From: Octopus sinensis
Taxonomy: Eukaryota
Reading direction: 5' to 3'
Assembly (NCBI RefSeq): GCF_006345805.1
Contig: NC_042998.1
Location: forward strand, 153,884,001-153,948,000
Length of the DNA: 64,000 bases
Each line of letters starts with the position of its first letter. Position 1 is the first letter of the stretch. Position numbers and translations under genes: made by a program. The notes under the pieces are model-generated. The model saw only the letters and a list, made by a program, of their open reading frames with translations, was not told the DNA's origin and did no database searches. Shown one piece after another: positions 62,399 through 64,000 of this stretch.

Positions 62399-62707
62399 TG
62401 TTGGTGAGAGGATGACAGATAGGGGAGGGCGGAAGTGGGGCTTGCAGGGCGCATGCGTGGCAGGAAGTGGTGAGAGGATGACAGATAGGGGAGGGCAGAA
62501 GTAGGGCTTGCAGGGTGCATGCGCAGCAGGAAGTGGAAGCGGCAGTGAGGACGCATGTGTGGGATCGACCAGTGGCTGTTGAGACGACGAAGGCACCAGA
62601 CGTATCGAGCTAGCTGAGAAAGATCCGAACTAATCTTCACCAAGGTAAGGCCTGATTGTATTCCATTCTCCCTTTTTCTGTTGTCCTCTTTCATCGTTCA
62701 CACCACA
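62399..62707 (+). repeat. 3' LTR (309 bp)
   Basis: Differs from the 5' LTR by about 13 transitions and one 6-bp indel (manual count). Confidence 0.93.
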
Positions 62708-63042
62708 AATGAAAAGAGAAAATCAATACCTGCTGTAGATGAAAGCATGTGTCTGTGTGGCCTCTGTGCAAGGACAGCCCAAACAAACAAACAAATGTTG
62801 TAGCAAATGACTGGTCGAGGAGAAGTGGTTTGAAACTGGGGTGCCATTGCCAAGTCTGATGTCCTGGGGATGTTTGACGAACCAGTCGGCTAAGCGCTGT
62901 CCCATCTGACTAATGTACAAAGATAGACAGAGAGAGCAGGAGATACAGTAGATAACATTGTTGGAGTTGCAGGTGAATGAACATATTACACACACATACA
63001 TGCACACACACATGCACACATACACACACACATTTATATAGA

Positions 63043-63440
63043 TACTAGCAGTATCGCCCGGCGTTGCTCGGGTTGTAAGGGAAATAACTATATAAGCATT
63101 TTTAGAGAGTTATAGCCAAAAAATAGCAAAAAAAATGCATTAAAAATTGAAAAAAAATTAAGGTAAATTTTTTTTAAATCGTTGACACATCGTAGATATT
63201 TTTAGAGAGTTACTTCCCTTATATAAAAGTGAAAAAAATGCATTAAAATGGAAAAATATGATGGTAAATTTTTTTTAAATCGTAGACTCATCGTAGACGC
63301 GCGCTAATACCCAGAAGGGCTCGATATGAATCACGACTATAAGATACCCGCTTTTGGTTAAACTGCACCGCAAAATGTGGGAGTAATTACGAATGTAAAT
63401 CGAAGGGGACAGACACACAACTTCACTCTTATATAAAGAT
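63043..63440 (+). mobile_element. Helentron/HINE-like non-autonomous element
   Basis: TACTAGCAGTATCGCCCGGCGTTGCTCGGG...GGGACAGACACACAAC...TATATAAAGAT. Homologous to 12200-12711. Confidence 0.7.
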
Positions 63441-64000
63441 GCTTTTTTTTTTCAGTCATAGAGTTAGATTTATGAAGGTCTTCAGTAGAAAATCCTTCGA
63501 ATTCTGACTCGCTGCTTGATATAATGAAATTTGTATCCATTTTTTGTCAGAATTACAAATTTTGAAAACACAATAGGAACAAATTTCGGAAAAAAATCTC
63601 CCATAATTCACGGAATTAAAATTACACTTCGATTTTTGTACAAAACTGTATTTGAAATGTTTACGAAGTATAATACGTGTTTTCACGAATGTACTAAAGA
63701 GATTTACTCTGATATTCTCATTTAAATATGAATAGGTAAATTCGGGCGGTTTGGTAACGAAGTGTCGTCTGTTTATACATAAACACTGTTTCATAGTTTC
63801 AGTTTAGTCTTCCTCAAATCACTGTCGCTAATTTACTCTCTTCCAAGAACATTTTCACTCACTGTTATCTGTTAGCTTCCCATACATTTTACTCATGTAT
63901 CTATCAGCGTGATAGACAGAAACAAATATTACATTTACTTTCATTTTATTCGTTGCCCACTGTGTGTGTGCATTTGCGTGTGGTGTAAACCAGACTAAGA

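Larger units (their letters stand above)
58450..62707 (+). mobile_element. Compact 4.26-kb LTR retrotransposon with Ty3/gypsy domain order (gag-PR-RT-RH-IN)
   Basis: Paired LTRs TG...CA, G-rich PPT AGATCAGGGGGGGG at 62385-62398, complete domain set. Confidence 0.95.
57650..62990 (-). mobile_element. Penelope-like element 3' part, split by the LTR retrotransposon
   Basis: GIY-YIG remnant FTCNSNNVIYCISCSLCLSLYISQMGQRLADWF at 62723-62990. UTR and terminal repeat at 57650-58449, with a degenerate hammerhead at 57752-57787. Confidence 0.8.

Noticed and set aside
63456-64000. MDTNFIISSSESEFEGFSTED (minus) resembling a piggyBac-type acidic N-terminus
   Set aside because: Too short, cut by the HINE-like element, and no catalytic motif or TIR is visible.

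Overview
Eukaryotic, repeat-saturated animal DNA. The SINE, RTE, Penelope and microsatellite families look like octopus; that assignment is my inference. The only host-gene piece I can support is a 24-nt first coding exon on the minus strand (34686-34709, MSWGIELW followed by a GTGAGT donor). It matches the N-terminus of FNBP1/FNBP1L/CIP4 (TOCA) F-BAR proteins, so bases 1-34685 are probably one giant first intron. The rest is a nested transposon landscape: CR1-group LINEs (one near full length, with a Myb/SANT-like plus CCCH ORF1), a near full-length RTE LINE with an internal PHD-like finger, and many Penelope-like (GIY-YIG) fragments. There are also R4-like RLE fragments, mariners, MITEs, Helentron/HINE-like elements, several tRNA-derived SINEs and a 4.26-kb LTR retrotransposon. 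The most interesting signals are three. (1) Minimal hammerhead-ribozyme folds at Penelope ends with recurring non-canonical cores (CCGAnGA five times, the covarying UUGAUAA, and CUGUUGA), often in inverted pairs. (2) An LTR element with no tRNA primer-binding site but a self-complementary one, plus a textbook -1 frameshift signal. (3) Several fold-back or locally templated duplications. All folds and alignments were done by eye; nothing was run against a database.
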